64,000 bases of DNA, taken from assembly GCA_016192545.1 (NCBI GenBank), contig JACPTX010000028.1:8686-72685 (forward strand), in the 5' to 3' direction. The first letter of the stretch is position 1. Each line of letters opens with the position of its first letter. Made by a program: the position numbers and the translations under genes. This document shows positions 50,633 through 60,683 of this stretch, in pieces. The notes under the pieces were generated by a model. That model was not told where the DNA came from, made no database searches, and worked only from the letters and a program-made list of their open reading frames with translations. Origin of the DNA: Candidatus Omnitrophota bacterium. Lineage in GTDB: Bacteria > Omnitrophota > Gorgyraeia > Aquiviventales > Aquiviventaceae.

Positions 50633-52156
50633 TTGATCTTGGCGCTCAGTAGCGCCGCGCTCCTCGTCGTGTCCTTCCCGAATGTCAACCAGCCGTACTG
50701 CGCGTGGGTCGCGCTGGTGCCGTGGCTGGTGCTGCTCCAAAAAGTGCCCTCTTTAGCGGCGTTCGGGTGGTCGTGGCTGACCGGCTTCCTTTTTTTCCTC
50801 GGCTCGCTGTGGTGGCTCGTACATCTGACGGCCTTCGGCGGCCCGGCGGCGATCCTCGGCTGGCTCGCGCTGTGCGCCTACCTCGCGCTGTACTTCGGCG
50901 TATTTGGGTGGGTCGTTCAACGTTTCACGTTGCACGTTTCACGTTTCGCGCAGTTGTTACTCGTTCCTTCTGCATGGGTGGCACTCGAATATCTGCGCAG
51001 CCACCTCCTCTCAGGATTCGGCTGGAACCTCCTGGGCTATTCCCAGACGCCGGCGCTGTCGGCGATTCAGATGGCGGATCTCACCGGCGTATGGGGCGTG
51101 TCGTTCGTGCTCGTGCTGATGAACGCCGGCATCGCGCAGTACCTCACGGAGCAGGACCGCCGGCGGCGCGTGATCGGCGTGCTCATCGGCATCGGGGCGG
51201 TGGCGGCCATGTGGCAGTACGGCACGTGGCGGCTGGGCCAGACGTTCCAGGGCCCGCCGGCCCGGATCGCCGTCGTGCAGGGCAACATCCCGCAGCAGGA
51301 GAAGTGGGACGAGGCGTTTGAGGCCGCCATCCTGGAACGGTATGCGCGGCTGACGCGCCAGGCCGCCCAACAGGGGCCGCAGCTCGTCGTCTGGCCCGAG
51401 ACCTCGGTGCCCGGATATTTGGGACTCGATGAGGCGTTGACGGACCAGGTGAGTTTCTTGGCGCGCAGCGTGAAGATCCCGTTGCTGGTCGGCGCGCCGA
51501 TGGGCGTGTTTCGAGGTGAGCGGTGGGCTCTGACCAACAGCGCGGCCCTGCTCGAGGCCGACGGGGCGCCGTTGGAATCGGCCGCGCCGTGGCTGCGCGC
51601 CATCCTGCCGCCGATCGGCGAGTTCGTGCCGGGCCACGAGTTCACGGTCTTCAGACTCGGCCGTTCAAGGTTCAAGGTTCTAGGTTCTAGGCCAGACCTT
51701 GAACCTTCAACCTCGAACCTCGAACTGGCGTTTAGCGTGTTGGTCTGTTTCGAAGACGTCTTCCCGGAGCTGGCCCGCCGGTTCGTCCGGCGCGGCGCGC
51801 GGCTGCTGATGACCATCACGAACGACGCGTGGTTCGGCAAGACGGCCGCGGCCTACCAGCATGCCCAGGCCTCGACCTTCCGGGCGGTCGAGCTGCGCGT
51901 ACCCATGGTGCGGGCCGCCAACACCGGCTGGTCCGGCTGCATTGATGCCCACGGCCGGTGGGTCGCCAGCGTCAAGGACGCCGCAGGGCAGGAGCTCTTC
52001 ACGGAGGGCGTGGCGCTCTGCGAGGTGGCGGCGGGTGACGCCGACCCCGCCTTCGGCGAGGCAGGGACTCCCTACCGGCGCTGGGGGGACTGGTTCGCCT
52101 GGCTGTGCGTGCTGGGATGCCTTGGCTGGGCAATTTTTGCTATAATGAAACGTTAA
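50633..52156 (+). CDS. lnt: apolipoprotein N-acyltransferase
   Basis: N-terminal multi-TM domain and CN-hydrolase domain with a catalytic-Cys region (...SVLVCFEDVFPE...). No ATG/GTG near the conserved N-terminus, so TTG 50633 (MILALSSAALLVVSFP...) was chosen; start uncertain. Confidence 0.8.
   Translation: MILALSSAALLVVSFPNVNQPYCAWVALVPWLVLLQKVPSLAAFGWSWLTGFLFFLGSLWWLVHLTAFGGPAAILGWLALCAYLALYFGVFGWVVQRFTLHVSRFAQLLLVPSAWVALEYLRSHLLSGFGWNLLGYSQTPALSAIQMADLTGVWGVSFVLVLMNAGIAQYLTEQDRRRRVIGVLIGIGAVAAMWQYGTWRLGQTFQGPPARIAVVQGNIPQQEKWDEAFEAAILERYARLTRQAAQQGPQLVVWPETSVPGYLGLDEALTDQVSFLARSVKIPLLVGAPMGVFRGERWALTNSAALLEADGAPLESAAPWLRAILPPIGEFVPGHEFTVFRLGRSRFKVLGSRPDLEPSTSNLELAFSVLVCFEDVFPELARRFVRRGARLLMTITNDAWFGKTAAAYQHAQASTFRAVELRVPMVRAANTGWSGCIDAHGRWVASVKDAAGQELFTEGVALCEVAAGDADPAFGEAGTPYRRWGDWFAWLCVLGCLGWAIFAIMKR
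50915..50949. repeat. five tandem heptamers GTTNNRC (GTTCAAC GTTTCAC GTTGCAC GTTTCAC GTTTCGC) within lnt
   Basis: Direct heptamer array, also readable as two ACGTTTCACGTT 12-mers. Encodes ...VQRFTLHVSRFAQ... Confidence 0.4.
51664..51725. repeat. palindromic heptamer-array element (GTTCAAG/GTTCTAG x4 - CCAGAC - CTTGAAC/CTCGAAC x4) inserted in-frame in lnt just upstream of the catalytic-Cys region
   Basis: Left GTTCAAGGTTCAAGGTTCTAGGTTCTAGG, right CTTGAACCTTCAACCTCGAACCTCGAAC. Encodes ...RLGRSRFKVLGSRPDLEPSTSNLELAF... between conserved ...GHEFTVF and SVLVCFED. Confidence 0.55.
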
Positions 52157-52170
52157 CCCTCTCTATTCCC

Positions 52171-53694
52171 GTGGCTTCCAACGACCAAACCGTCAACCGG
52201 CGCGACAAATTTGACGCTCTCAAGCGGCAGGGGCGTTCGCCATTCGACCAGCGGCGCTTCCACAAGGGAGAGTCTATTCGCGAACTGGTCAACAGCTTCA
52301 CGCCGGAGACGCTCGTCGTCTCAACTGCGGGGCGTCTGAGCGCGATCCGCGGCCACGGCGGGCTGATCTTCGGAGATCTGCGGGACGCCACCGGCAAGAT
52401 TCAGATTTCAGTCAAGCGGGACGCGGTCGGAGAGACGGCGTGGTCGCTCTTTGAGCACCTGGATCTCGGGGACATCATCGGCGTCACCGGTCCGCTGTTC
52501 AAGACCAAGACCGGCGAGGTGACGGTCGCCGTGGACTCCGTCACCCTGCTGGCGAAAGCCCTACGGCCGATGCCGGAGAAATGGCACGGGCTGAAGGATG
52601 TCGAGGTCCGCTACCGCAAGCGGTATTTGGACCTCATCGCCAACGAGCCGGTGCGCCGGGTATTCGAGCAGCGCGCGCGCCTGCTGGCGAGTTTGCGCCG
52701 GACGCTGGACGCGGGCGGGTTCCTGGAAGTCGAAACGCCCATGATGCACGCCATCCCGGGCGGGGCGGCAGGGGAGCCGTTCGTCACGCACCATAAGGCG
52801 CTGGACGTGGACCTCTATATGCGGCTGGCTCCGGAGCTGCACCTGAAGCGGCTCCTGGTCGGCGGCTTCGACCGCGTCTATGAGATGAACCGGTCGTTCC
52901 GCAACGAGGGCATTTCGAGCCGGCACAACCCCGAGTTCACCATGCTCGAGGCCTACCAGGCCTACTGGGACTGTCGGGATATGATGGAGCTGGTGGAGCG
53001 CCTCATCAAGCAGGCCGCGCAGGACGTGCTGGGGACGCTGACGTTCCAGTACCAGGAGCGGACCATTGACTTGTCGCCGTCTGGGTCCTGGCCGAAGTTG
53101 TCGTTTACCGAGACCATGCAACAGCTTGGCTTGTCACCCGATTCGTCACAGGAACAGATTCAGCGCGTCTTGGAAAAGAAGGGCATCAAGCTCAAGGGAC
53201 TGACGCGCTCCCAGCTCGTGCGGCTCACCGAGCAGCTGATCGAGCAGTTCGTCGAACCGCAGTCCACGCGGTTCCCGCTCTTCGTCGTGGACTACTGGAC
53301 CGAGCTGTCGCCGCTGGCCAAGAGCAAAGCGGACAACCCGCTGGTGGCGGACCGCTTCGAGCTGTTCATCGGCGGGATGGAAGTCGCCAACGCGTACTCC
53401 GAGCAGAACGACCCCATCGAGCAGCGCCGCCGCTTCGAGGCGCAAAGACGAGAGCGCGTTCAAGGTTCAAGGGTGAAGGTTCAAGGGAAAAACCTCGAAC
53501 CTCGAACCTTGAACCTTGAACGGCAGATTGATGAGGACTTCCTTGAAGCGCTGGAATACGGGATGCCGCCGGCTGGCGGGCTTGGCGTCGGCGTGGACCG
53601 GCTCGCGATGCTCCTGTTCAATCAACCCTCGATCAAGGATGTCATCCTGTTCCCGTTATTAAAGCCCAGCGAGGGGTCCCGTGATGCCGTATGA
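52171..53694 (+). CDS. lysS: lysyl-tRNA synthetase (class II)
   Basis: OB anticodon-binding N-domain (...GHGGLIFGDLRD...) and class II motifs 1-3 (...FLEVETPMMH..., ...FRNEGISSRHNPEFTMLE..., ...GGLGVGVDRL...). Start taken as GTG 52171 (VASNDQTVNRRDKF...) just after the lnt stop; uncertain. Confidence 0.85.
   Translation: MASNDQTVNRRDKFDALKRQGRSPFDQRRFHKGESIRELVNSFTPETLVVSTAGRLSAIRGHGGLIFGDLRDATGKIQISVKRDAVGETAWSLFEHLDLGDIIGVTGPLFKTKTGEVTVAVDSVTLLAKALRPMPEKWHGLKDVEVRYRKRYLDLIANEPVRRVFEQRARLLASLRRTLDAGGFLEVETPMMHAIPGGAAGEPFVTHHKALDVDLYMRLAPELHLKRLLVGGFDRVYEMNRSFRNEGISSRHNPEFTMLEAYQAYWDCRDMMELVERLIKQAAQDVLGTLTFQYQERTIDLSPSGSWPKLSFTETMQQLGLSPDSSQEQIQRVLEKKGIKLKGLTRSQLVRLTEQLIEQFVEPQSTRFPLFVVDYWTELSPLAKSKADNPLVADRFELFIGGMEVANAYSEQNDPIEQRRRFEAQRRERVQGSRVKVQGKNLEPRTLNLERQIDEDFLEALEYGMPPAGGLGVGVDRLAMLLFNQPSIKDVILFPLLKPSEGSRDAV
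53458..53521. repeat. palindromic heptamer-array element (GTTCAAG x4 - AAAAA - CTCGAAC/CTTGAAC x4) inserted in-frame in lysS between motif-3-proximal conserved blocks
   Basis: Left GTTCAAGGTTCAAGGGTGAAGGTTCAAGGG, right CCTCGAACCTCGAACCTTGAACCTTGAAC. Encodes ...RERVQGSRVKVQGKNLEPRTLNLE..., ~12-15 aa more than the usual spacing between ...QRRRFEAQ... and ...DEDFLEALEYG... Confidence 0.55.
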
Positions 53695-54785
53695 GGTGTG
53701 GCTAGGCCTGCGCTACCTGTTGAATCGGCGGCGCGAGCGGTTCGTGTCGGTCATCGCGGTGCTGTCCATCGGCGGGGTCGCGCTGGGGGTCATGGCGCTG
53801 CTCATCGTCCTGTCGGTGATGAGCGGGTTCGACCACGACCTCAAGGAAAAGCTCATCGGCGCCAACGCCCACCTGACCGTGGAGGCGGCGAGGGACATCG
53901 GCCAGGTCGAGGAGTTGGTCCGCGCGATCTCGGCGAGCGAGCACGTCGTCGGCGCCAGCCCCTTCATCACCGGGCAGGCGATCGTGCGGTCTCGTCGTCG
54001 GCCAGCTGCCGGCGAGCGACCAAGATGTGGTGATCGGGGTGGAGCTGGCGCGCTTCCTGGGATTACGGCGGGGCGATCCGCTGCGGCTCATCAGCCCGGC
54101 GGACGGCAAGGCGCATGAGCTGGTGGTGAGCGGCCTGTTCCGCTCCGGTATGTACGAATTCGACGCGGGGCTCATCGGGGTGAGCCTGCGGCGCGCGCAG
54201 CAGCTCTTCGCGCTGCCCGGGACGGTGACGGGCGTGGCGGTCCGCGTCGACCAGCTCGAGCGGGCCGAGGCCGTCAAAGCCCAGCTGGCCCAGGCGCTGG
54301 GCGGCGCGTACCTCGTCAAGACGTGGATGGAATTGAACCAGACGCTCTTCGACGCGTTGAAGCTGGAGAAGATCACAATGTTCGTCATCCTGACGCTCAT
54401 CGTGCTCGTCGCGGCGGTGAACATCGTCTCGACCCTCATCATGATGGTCATCGAGAAGACGCGCGACATCGGGATCCTCAAGTCGATCGGCGCCTCCAGC
54501 GGCTCGGTCGGCTGGATTTTTACGTGGCAGGGGCTCCTCATCGGCGCGATCGGCACGACGCTGGGGCTGGCCGGGGCGTGGCTGGTCGTGTGGCTGCTGG
54601 ACACGTACCACTTCATCCAACTGCCCAGCACGATCTACTACCTGGATCACCTGCCGGTGCGCATCGAGTGGGCCGACTGGGGCGTGACGGTCGGCGCGGC
54701 GATGCTCATCAGCCTGCTGGCGACGGTGTATCCGGCGCGGCAGGCCGCGCGGATGAATCCGGTGGAAGCGCTGCGCTATGAGTAA
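53681..54785 (+). pseudogene. lolE: lipoprotein-releasing system permease LolC/E (FtsX-like), interrupted by a 1-nt frameshift near 53987
   Basis: N-terminal part (MMPYEVWLGLRYLLNRRRERFVSVIAVLSIGGVALGV...SPFITGQAIV) is in frame 2 up to ~53986. The conserved continuation (GLVVGQLPASDQDVVIGVELARFLGLRRGDPLRLISP...) reads in frame 0 from 53988 to 54785. Confidence 0.65.
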
Positions 54786-54787
54786 GG

Positions 54788-55468
54788 ATGCTTGAAGCGC
54801 GGCATGTGCACAAGACGTACCGCACCGGCGCGGTGCCGCTGCATGTGCTCAAGGGGGTCAACCTGACGGTGGCACCGGGGGAGTTCGTCGCGGTCACCGG
54901 CCCCTCCGGCGCCGGGAAGTCGACGCTGCTGCACGTGCTGGCGGGGCTGGACGTGCCGAGCCAGGGCGACGTGCTGTGGGAAGGCCGGTCCCTGGCGAAG
55001 ATGACCGACCGGCAGCGCGCGCACTTCCGTAATCGGACGATCGGGGTCATCTTTCAGTTCTATCATCTGCTGCCGGAGCTCTCGGCGCTGGAGAACGTCA
55101 TGCTGCCGGCCCTGGTGGAGGCCCAGGAGGGCCGCCGGGAGCTGCGCCCGCGGGCGCTGGAGTGCCTGGAGCAGGTGCGGCTGAAGGCCCGCGCCGCGCA
55201 CAAACCCTCGCAATTGTCGGGCGGGGAGCTGCAGCGGCTGGCGATGGCGCGCGCGCTCATCAACCGCCCGAAGGTCATCTTCTGCGACGAGCCGACCGGC
55301 AACCTCGATTCGCAGACCGGGCAGGCGGTGATGGACCTGCTGGTGGATCTGCATCAGCGGCAGCACATGGCGCTGGTGCTGGTGACGCATGAGCACGCGT
55401 TTGCGCAATTGGCGGATCGGTGGCTGGGGCTGCAGGACGGGCAGTTCGCACATGAAGCCGCAACTTAG
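54788..55468 (+). CDS. lolD: lipoprotein-releasing system ATP-binding protein LolD
   Basis: ABC ATPase Walker A (GPSGAGKST), signature ([15 protein letters not shown]), Walker B ([12 protein letters not shown]). Operon context with lolE. Confidence 0.85.
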   Translation: MLEARHVHKTYRTGAVPLHVLKGVNLTVAPGEFVAVTGPSGAGKSTLLHVLAGLDVPSQGDVLWEGRSLAKMTDRQRAHFRNRTIGVIFQFYHLLPELSALENVMLPALVEAQEGRRELRPRALECLEQVRLKARAAHKPSQLSGGELQRLAMARALINRPKVIFCDEPTGNLDSQTGQAVMDLLVDLHQRQHMALVLVTHEHAFAQLADRWLGLQDGQFAHEAAT

Positions 55469-55504
55469 CGAGCGAAGCGATGCTAAGTTGCATGGCTGAA
55501 TGTG

Positions 55505-55588
55505 CCCCGCCCGCTTTGCTTCGCAAAGCGAAGCAGGCGGGGTCAATTCGCGCAGTGACTTACGTTCGCTAGCGCTCCGTAAGTCACG
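55505..55588. terminator. two GC-rich hairpins after lolD / before ilvE: nested hairpin (CCCCGCC...GCTTCGC-AAA-GCGAAGC...GGCGGGG) and 10-bp IR GTGACTTACG/CGTAAGTCAC
   Basis: 55505-55542 forms a ~14-bp interrupted stem. 55554-55588 is a perfect 10-bp IR with a 13-nt spacer. No U-tract follows. Confidence 0.3.
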
Positions 55589-55609
55589 CGCTCATTGAAG
55601 GAGGGCGAC

Positions 55610-56476
55610 GTGAAAGTCTACCTGAACGGCAAATTCGTGGACCGGCAGGCGGCGACGGTGTCGGTGTTCGACCACGGGCTGTTGTACGGCGACGGGGTGT
55701 TCGAGGGGATCCGCTCCTACAACGGGCTCATCTTCAAGCTCCACGAGCATCTCGACCGGCTCTTCGAGTCGGCGCACACGATCATGCTCAAGATCCCGCT
55801 CTCGAAGCCGGAGCTGGCCGACGCGGTGCGGCAGTCCCTGCGCGTGAACAAGCTGTCCAACGCCTACATCCGGCTCGTCGTGACGCGCGGCGAGGGGGAC
55901 CTGGGGCTCGACCCGCGCAAGTGCACGCGCCCGACGGTGTTCGTGATCGCGGACCGCATCGAGCTCTACCCCAAGAAGCTCTACGAGCAGGGCCTGGAGC
56001 TCATCACGGTGGCGACCCAGCGCAACGTGCCGGAGGCGCTGAACCCGCAGATCAAGTCGCTCAACTACCTCAACAACATCCTCGCGAAGATCGAGGCGAT
56101 CACCGCGGGATATGAAGAGGCGATCATGCTCTCCCCGTCGGGCTACGTGACCGAGTGCACCGGGGAGAATATCTTCGTCGTGTCAGGCAAGCGGCTCCTC
56201 ACGCCGCCGCCCTACATCGGCGTCCTGCGCGGGATCACGCGCCGGAGCGTCATGGAGCTGGGGCGCAAGCAGAAGCTGGACGTGGCCGAGGAGCTCCTGA
56301 CGCGCTACGACCTGTTCAACGCGGAGGAGTGCTTCCTGACCGGCACCGCCGCCGAGATCGTGCCGGTGGTCAAGATTGACGGCCGCGTGATCGGCGCCGG
56401 CAAGCCCGGCCCGGCGACCAGGCAGCTCCAGGCGGCCTTCCGCCGGCTGACGAAGACCGAGGGTGTGCGCTACTAG
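55610..56476 (+). CDS. ilvE: branched-chain amino acid aminotransferase
   Basis: Fold-type IV (MKVYLNGKFV...SVFDHGLLYGDGVFEGIRSY...). Start taken as GTG 55610 with SD GAAGGAGGG 5 nt upstream (the ORF-track TTG 55595 lies inside the SD). Confidence 0.85.
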   Translation: MKVYLNGKFVDRQAATVSVFDHGLLYGDGVFEGIRSYNGLIFKLHEHLDRLFESAHTIMLKIPLSKPELADAVRQSLRVNKLSNAYIRLVVTRGEGDLGLDPRKCTRPTVFVIADRIELYPKKLYEQGLELITVATQRNVPEALNPQIKSLNYLNNILAKIEAITAGYEEAIMLSPSGYVTECTGENIFVVSGKRLLTPPPYIGVLRGITRRSVMELGRKQKLDVAEELLTRYDLFNAEECFLTGTAAEIVPVVKIDGRVIGAGKPGPATRQLQAAFRRLTKTEGVRY

Positions 56477-56553
56477 TTCCGACGCATCAGGTTACGTCAT
56501 ATCCCCGGTTCGCACACGGTCGGTGGCGCTGTGATTTTCGATGAAAAACTGCT

Positions 56554-56574
56554 ACAATTAAGGTGTCTGACACC
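56554..56574 (+). promoter_or_regulatory. -10 box TACAAT immediately followed by 13-bp perfect palindrome GGTGTCTGACACC (motif 1 variant), 15 nt upstream of mcsA
   Basis: TACAAT 56554-56559, palindrome 56562-56574, ATG 56589. Same -10-plus-palindrome layout as at 3313-3350. Confidence 0.45.
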
Positions 56575-56588
56575 GTGAGGGAATCGCC

Positions 56589-57107
56589 ATGGTCTGCGAC
56601 GCCTGTAAACAACAGCAAGCGACGGTCCATTTGACGGAAATCGTCAATGACGAGATGACCGAGCTGCACCTCTGCGAGGCGTGCGCCAACCAGAAGGGCG
56701 CCCAGGTGGAAAGCCACTTCGGGCTGTCCGACTTGCTGGGGGGCCTGGCCGAGGTCGGCAAGACCCAGGAGCCCGAGGAAGAGGTCGCCGCCAAGGCCTG
56801 CCCCAGCTGCGGGATGACCTATGAAGATTTCCGCAAGGTGGGGCGGCTGGGCTGCGCGGAGTGCTACACGACCTTCAAGCGGAATCTGGCGACGCTGCTC
56901 AAGCGGATCCACGGCTCGCCGCATCATCTGGGCAAGTCGCCGGGCCGGCTGGTCAAACCGCCGAAGGCCAAGCTGGAGTTGACCGAGCTCAAGAAGCGGC
57001 TCGAGCGCGCGATTGAGATGGAGGAATTCGAGGAGGCGGCCCATCTCCGGGACCAGATCCGGGAGCTGGAGCATCAGGATCGCACGAAGAAGAAAAGCGG
57101 CGAGTGA
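56589..57107 (+). CDS. mcsA: McsA-like protein (zinc-finger N-terminus plus UvrB/UvrC motif); activator of protein arginine kinase
   Basis: Two CxxC zinc-finger pairs (CDACK...CEACAN; CPSCG...CAECY) and a C-terminal UVR motif (...LEFEEAAHLRDQIRELE...). Overlaps mcsB via ATGA. Confidence 0.7.
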   Translation: MVCDACKQQQATVHLTEIVNDEMTELHLCEACANQKGAQVESHFGLSDLLGGLAEVGKTQEPEEEVAAKACPSCGMTYEDFRKVGRLGCAECYTTFKRNLATLLKRIHGSPHHLGKSPGRLVKPPKAKLELTELKKRLERAIEMEEFEEAAHLRDQIRELEHQDRTKKKSGE

Positions 57108-58195
57108 CGATGGCGAAGGAACTGGACGATCTGCTGAAACAGACGAGCGAGTGGCTGCGGGGCGTGGGGCCGGTGTCGGAGATCGTGATGTCCAGCCGCC
57201 TCCGGCTGGCCCGCAACTTCGACAAGCTGCCCTTTGCGACGCGCTCGACCAAGGTCTCGCAGGCCGAGGTGCTGCGCATCGCCAAGGAGGGGATTCTCCA
57301 GGCGCCCTCGATGGGCACGCCGCTCATCTTCGAGATGGCGGAGCTGGATGAGGTGGACCGCCTGTTTCTCGTCGAGCGGCATCTCATCAGCCGGGAGCAC
57401 GCCAGCCGGCCGGACCATCGGGCGGTGGCCATCGGCAAGGGCGAGGTCATCAGCATCATGATCAACGAAGAAGACCACCTGCGCGTCCAGGTGATGCAGT
57501 CGGGGCTGAACCTCCACGAAGCCTGGACGCTGATCGACACGCTGGATGACGAGCTCTCGGAAGCCGTCCCGTTCGCCTACTCGACGGACTGGGGGTATCT
57601 CACGTGCTGCCTGACGAACACGGGCACGGGCCTGCGGGCCTCCGTGATGGTCCACCTGCCGGCGCTCGTCATCACGAAGCAGATCAACAAGGTCCTCCAT
57701 GCGATCACGAAGCTGGGGCTGACCGCGCGCGGGCTCTACGGCGAGGGGACCGAGGCGTCGGGCAACTTCTTCCAGATTTCGAACCAGGTGTCGCTGGGGC
57801 GGACCGAGGAAGAGCTCGTCGAGAACATCGAGCGCATCCTCAAGCAGGTCATCGGCCATGAGCAGAGCGCGCGCGAGGGGCTCCTGGCGCACAACCGCGT
57901 CCAGCTGGAAGACCGCATCTGGCGGGCCTACGGCATCCTCCGGCACGCGCAGACCATGAGCTCCAACGAGACGCTGGACCTGCTGTCGGCGCTGCGCCTC
58001 GGCGTCGACCTGGGGATCATGACCAACGGCAGCGCCCCCGGCCGCACGCCGCTGGACCGCTCGACGGTCAATGAGCTGCTGATCTTTTCGCAGCCGGCCC
58101 ACCTGCAGAAGGTCGAGGGCGCCAAGCTGTCCGCGCAGGAACGGGACACGAAACGGGCGGCGCTGATCCGGCAGCGGCTCGGCGTCCGCGACTGA
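57104..58195 (+). CDS. mcsB: protein arginine kinase McsB (ATP:guanido phosphotransferase family)
   Basis: Phosphagen-kinase-like catalytic domain (...YLTCCLTNTGTGLRASVMVHLPAL..., ...LGRTEEELVEN...). Confidence 0.85.
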   Translation: MTMAKELDDLLKQTSEWLRGVGPVSEIVMSSRLRLARNFDKLPFATRSTKVSQAEVLRIAKEGILQAPSMGTPLIFEMAELDEVDRLFLVERHLISREHASRPDHRAVAIGKGEVISIMINEEDHLRVQVMQSGLNLHEAWTLIDTLDDELSEAVPFAYSTDWGYLTCCLTNTGTGLRASVMVHLPALVITKQINKVLHAITKLGLTARGLYGEGTEASGNFFQISNQVSLGRTEEELVENIERILKQVIGHEQSAREGLLAHNRVQLEDRIWRAYGILRHAQTMSSNETLDLLSALRLGVDLGIMTNGSAPGRTPLDRSTVNELLIFSQPAHLQKVEGAKLSAQERDTKRAALIRQRLGVRD

Positions 58196-58213
58196 GCGAA
58201 CAAGGAGCATCCG

Positions 58214-60664
58214 ATGTTCAATAAATTCACCGAACGGGCCCGGAAAGTCATCCTGCTGGCGAAGGAAGAGGCCAAGCGGTTCAACCACGACTACATCGGG
58301 ACCGAGCACATCCTCCTCGGCCTCATCCGCGAGGGCGAGGGGGTGGCGGCGGCGGTCCTGCAGAAACTGGGCCTCTCGCCGGAGAAGATCCGCCTGGAGG
58401 TCGAGAAGCTCGTGCAGAGCGGCCCCAGCACCATGGTCTCCGGCGACATCCCCTTCACGCCGAAGGCGAAGAAGGTCATCGAGCTGGCGATGGAGGAGGC
58501 CCGGTCGCTCGGCCACAACTACATCGGGACCGAGCACCTGCTCCTCGGCCTCATCCGCGAGGGCGAGGGGGTGGCCTCGCAGGTGCTCATGAACCTCGGG
58601 CTGGACCTCAACCGCGTGCGCAACGAAGTCATCACCCTGCTGGGCTCCAGCGGCCCGGCCCCGACGGGCGGCGGCTCCTCGAAGACGAAGACGCCGGCGC
58701 TGGATGCGTTCGGCCGCGACCTCACGAAGCTCGCGCAGGACGGCAAGCTTGATCCGGTCATCGGCCGCAAGGACGAGATCGAGCGCGTCATCCAGATTCT
58801 CGCGCGCCGCACCAAGAACAACCCGGTGCTGCTCGGCGAGGCGGGCGTCGGCAAGACGGCGATCGTCGAAGGGCTGGCGCAGAAGATCGTGAAGGGCGAC
58901 GTGCCCGAGATCCTGCGCGACAAGCGCGTCATCATCCTGGACCTGGCCCTGATGGTCGCCGGCACCAAGTACCGCGGGCAGTTCGAGGAGCGCATCAAGG
59001 CCGTGATGGATGAGATCCGCCGCTCCGAGAACATCACCCTGTTCATCGACGAGCTGCACACGCTCGTGGGCGCCGGCTCCGCGGAGGGCGCGATCGACGC
59101 CTCCAACATCCTGAAGCCCGCGCTGTCCCGCGGCGAGGTCCAGTGCATCGGCGCGACGACGCTCGATGAGTACCGCAAGTACATCGAGAAGGACTCGGCC
59201 CTCGAGCGCCGGTTCCAGACGATTGTGGTCGAGCCGCCGTCGGTGTCGGAGACGATCGAGATCCTGAAGGGCCTGCGCGACAAGTACGAGGCGCACCACC
59301 GGGTGAAGTACCTCGACGAAGCGCTCGAGGCGGCGGCGAAGACGTCGGACCGCTACATCGCCGGGCGCTTCCTGCCGGACAAGGCGATTGACCTGATCGA
59401 CGAGGCGGGCTCCCGCGCGCGGCTGTCGGTCCTGACCGTGCCGCCGGACATCAAGGAGCTCGAGGAGAAGATCGAGACCATCCGCAAGGAGAAGGAAGCC
59501 GCCATCAAGGGCCAGGACTTCGAGCGGGCCGCCAGCTTGCGCGACCAGGAGCGCGAGGCGAAGGAGCGCCTGGAGAAGGTCAAGCTGGAGTGGAAGAAAA
59601 CGAAGGGCGATGCGATGCCGGTCATCACGTCGGAGGACATCGCCATCGTCGTGTCGAAGTGGACCGGCGTGCCGGTCTCGCGGCTGGAGGAGAAGGAAGG
59701 CGAGCGGCTCCTCAAGATGGAGCAGGCGGTGCACAGCCGCATCATCGGGCAGGAGGAAGCGATCTCCGCCATCGCCCGCGCCATCCGCCGCTCGCGCGCC
59801 GGCATCAAGGATCCCCGCCGGCCGATCGGCTCCTTCATCTTCCTCGGACCCACCGGGGTCGGGAAAAGCCTGCTGGCCAGGGCGCTGGCCGAGTTTCTGT
59901 TCGGCGATGAAGAGGCCCTGACCCAGATCGACATGTCCGAGTATATGGAGAAGTTCAACGTCTCCCGGCTGGTGGGCGCCCCGCCCGGCTACGTCGGCTA
60001 CGAAGAGGGCGGCCAGCTCACGGAACGGATCCGCCGCCGGCCGTACTCGGTGGTCCTGCTGGATGAGATCGAGAAGGCCCACCCGGACGTCTTCAACCTG
60101 CTCCTGCAGGTGCTGGAGGACGGGCGGCTGACGGACAGCTTCGGCCGCAAGGTGGACTTCCGCAACACGGTGCTCATCATGACCTCGAACCTCGGCGCGG
60201 AGCAGCTGAAGAAGCAGGGCAGCCTCGGCTTTGCGCCCGCGAAGGAAGAGGTCACGTTCGAGAAGATGAAGGACCAGCTGATGGACGAGGTCAAGCGGGC
60301 CTTCAAGCCGGAGTTCCTCAACCGGATCGACGACGTGATTGTGTTCCGGCCGCTCACCCGCGAGGACCTCAACCAGATCGTGGAGCTGGAGATCGGCTAC
60401 GTGAAGGAGCGCCTGCGCGAGCAGGAGGTCCTCATCGAGCTGGATCAGAGCGCCAAGGATTTCCTCGTCGAGAAGGGCTTCGACCCGGTGTTCGGCGCCC
60501 GGCCGCTCAAGCGCGTGATCCAGCGCTTCCTGGAGGACCCGCTGGCGGAGGAGGTCATCGCTCGCCGGTTCAAGCAGGGCTCGCCCGTCCGGGTCTTCCG
60601 CAAGGGCGAGCGGCTGGAATTCGAAGGCGAGCTGGTTGTGGAACGTCCTGCGACCACGAGCTGA
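58214..60664 (+). CDS. clpC: ATP-dependent Clp protease ATP-binding subunit ClpC
   Basis: Double Clp-N repeats, two AAA+ modules ([15 protein letters not shown]; [15 protein letters not shown]), a UVR linker motif and a ClpP-loop region. Confidence 0.95.
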   Translation: MFNKFTERARKVILLAKEEAKRFNHDYIGTEHILLGLIREGEGVAAAVLQKLGLSPEKIRLEVEKLVQSGPSTMVSGDIPFTPKAKKVIELAMEEARSLGHNYIGTEHLLLGLIREGEGVASQVLMNLGLDLNRVRNEVITLLGSSGPAPTGGGSSKTKTPALDAFGRDLTKLAQDGKLDPVIGRKDEIERVIQILARRTKNNPVLLGEAGVGKTAIVEGLAQKIVKGDVPEILRDKRVIILDLALMVAGTKYRGQFEERIKAVMDEIRRSENITLFIDELHTLVGAGSAEGAIDASNILKPALSRGEVQCIGATTLDEYRKYIEKDSALERRFQTIVVEPPSVSETIEILKGLRDKYEAHHRVKYLDEALEAAAKTSDRYIAGRFLPDKAIDLIDEAGSRARLSVLTVPPDIKELEEKIETIRKEKEAAIKGQDFERAASLRDQEREAKERLEKVKLEWKKTKGDAMPVITSEDIAIVVSKWTGVPVSRLEEKEGERLLKMEQAVHSRIIGQEEAISAIARAIRRSRAGIKDPRRPIGSFIFLGPTGVGKSLLARALAEFLFGDEEALTQIDMSEYMEKFNVSRLVGAPPGYVGYEEGGQLTERIRRRPYSVVLLDEIEKAHPDVFNLLLQVLEDGRLTDSFGRKVDFRNTVLIMTSNLGAEQLKKQGSLGFAPAKEEVTFEKMKDQLMDEVKRAFKPEFLNRIDDVIVFRPLTREDLNQIVELEIGYVKERLREQEVLIELDQSAKDFLVEKGFDPVFGARPLKRVIQRFLEDPLAEEVIARRFKQGSPVRVFRKGERLEFEGELVVERPATTS

Positions 60665-60683
60665 CACCAGTGTCCCCTCCACA

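Noticed and set aside
52147-52156. Mini-ORF ATG AAA CGT TAA directly after a TATAAT hexamer
   Set aside because: These codons are simply the last four codons of lnt (…AIMKR*); not an independent leader peptide.
57074-60682. 1202-aa ORF on the minus strand
   Set aside because: Antisense to mcsB/clpC; same high-GC reasoning.
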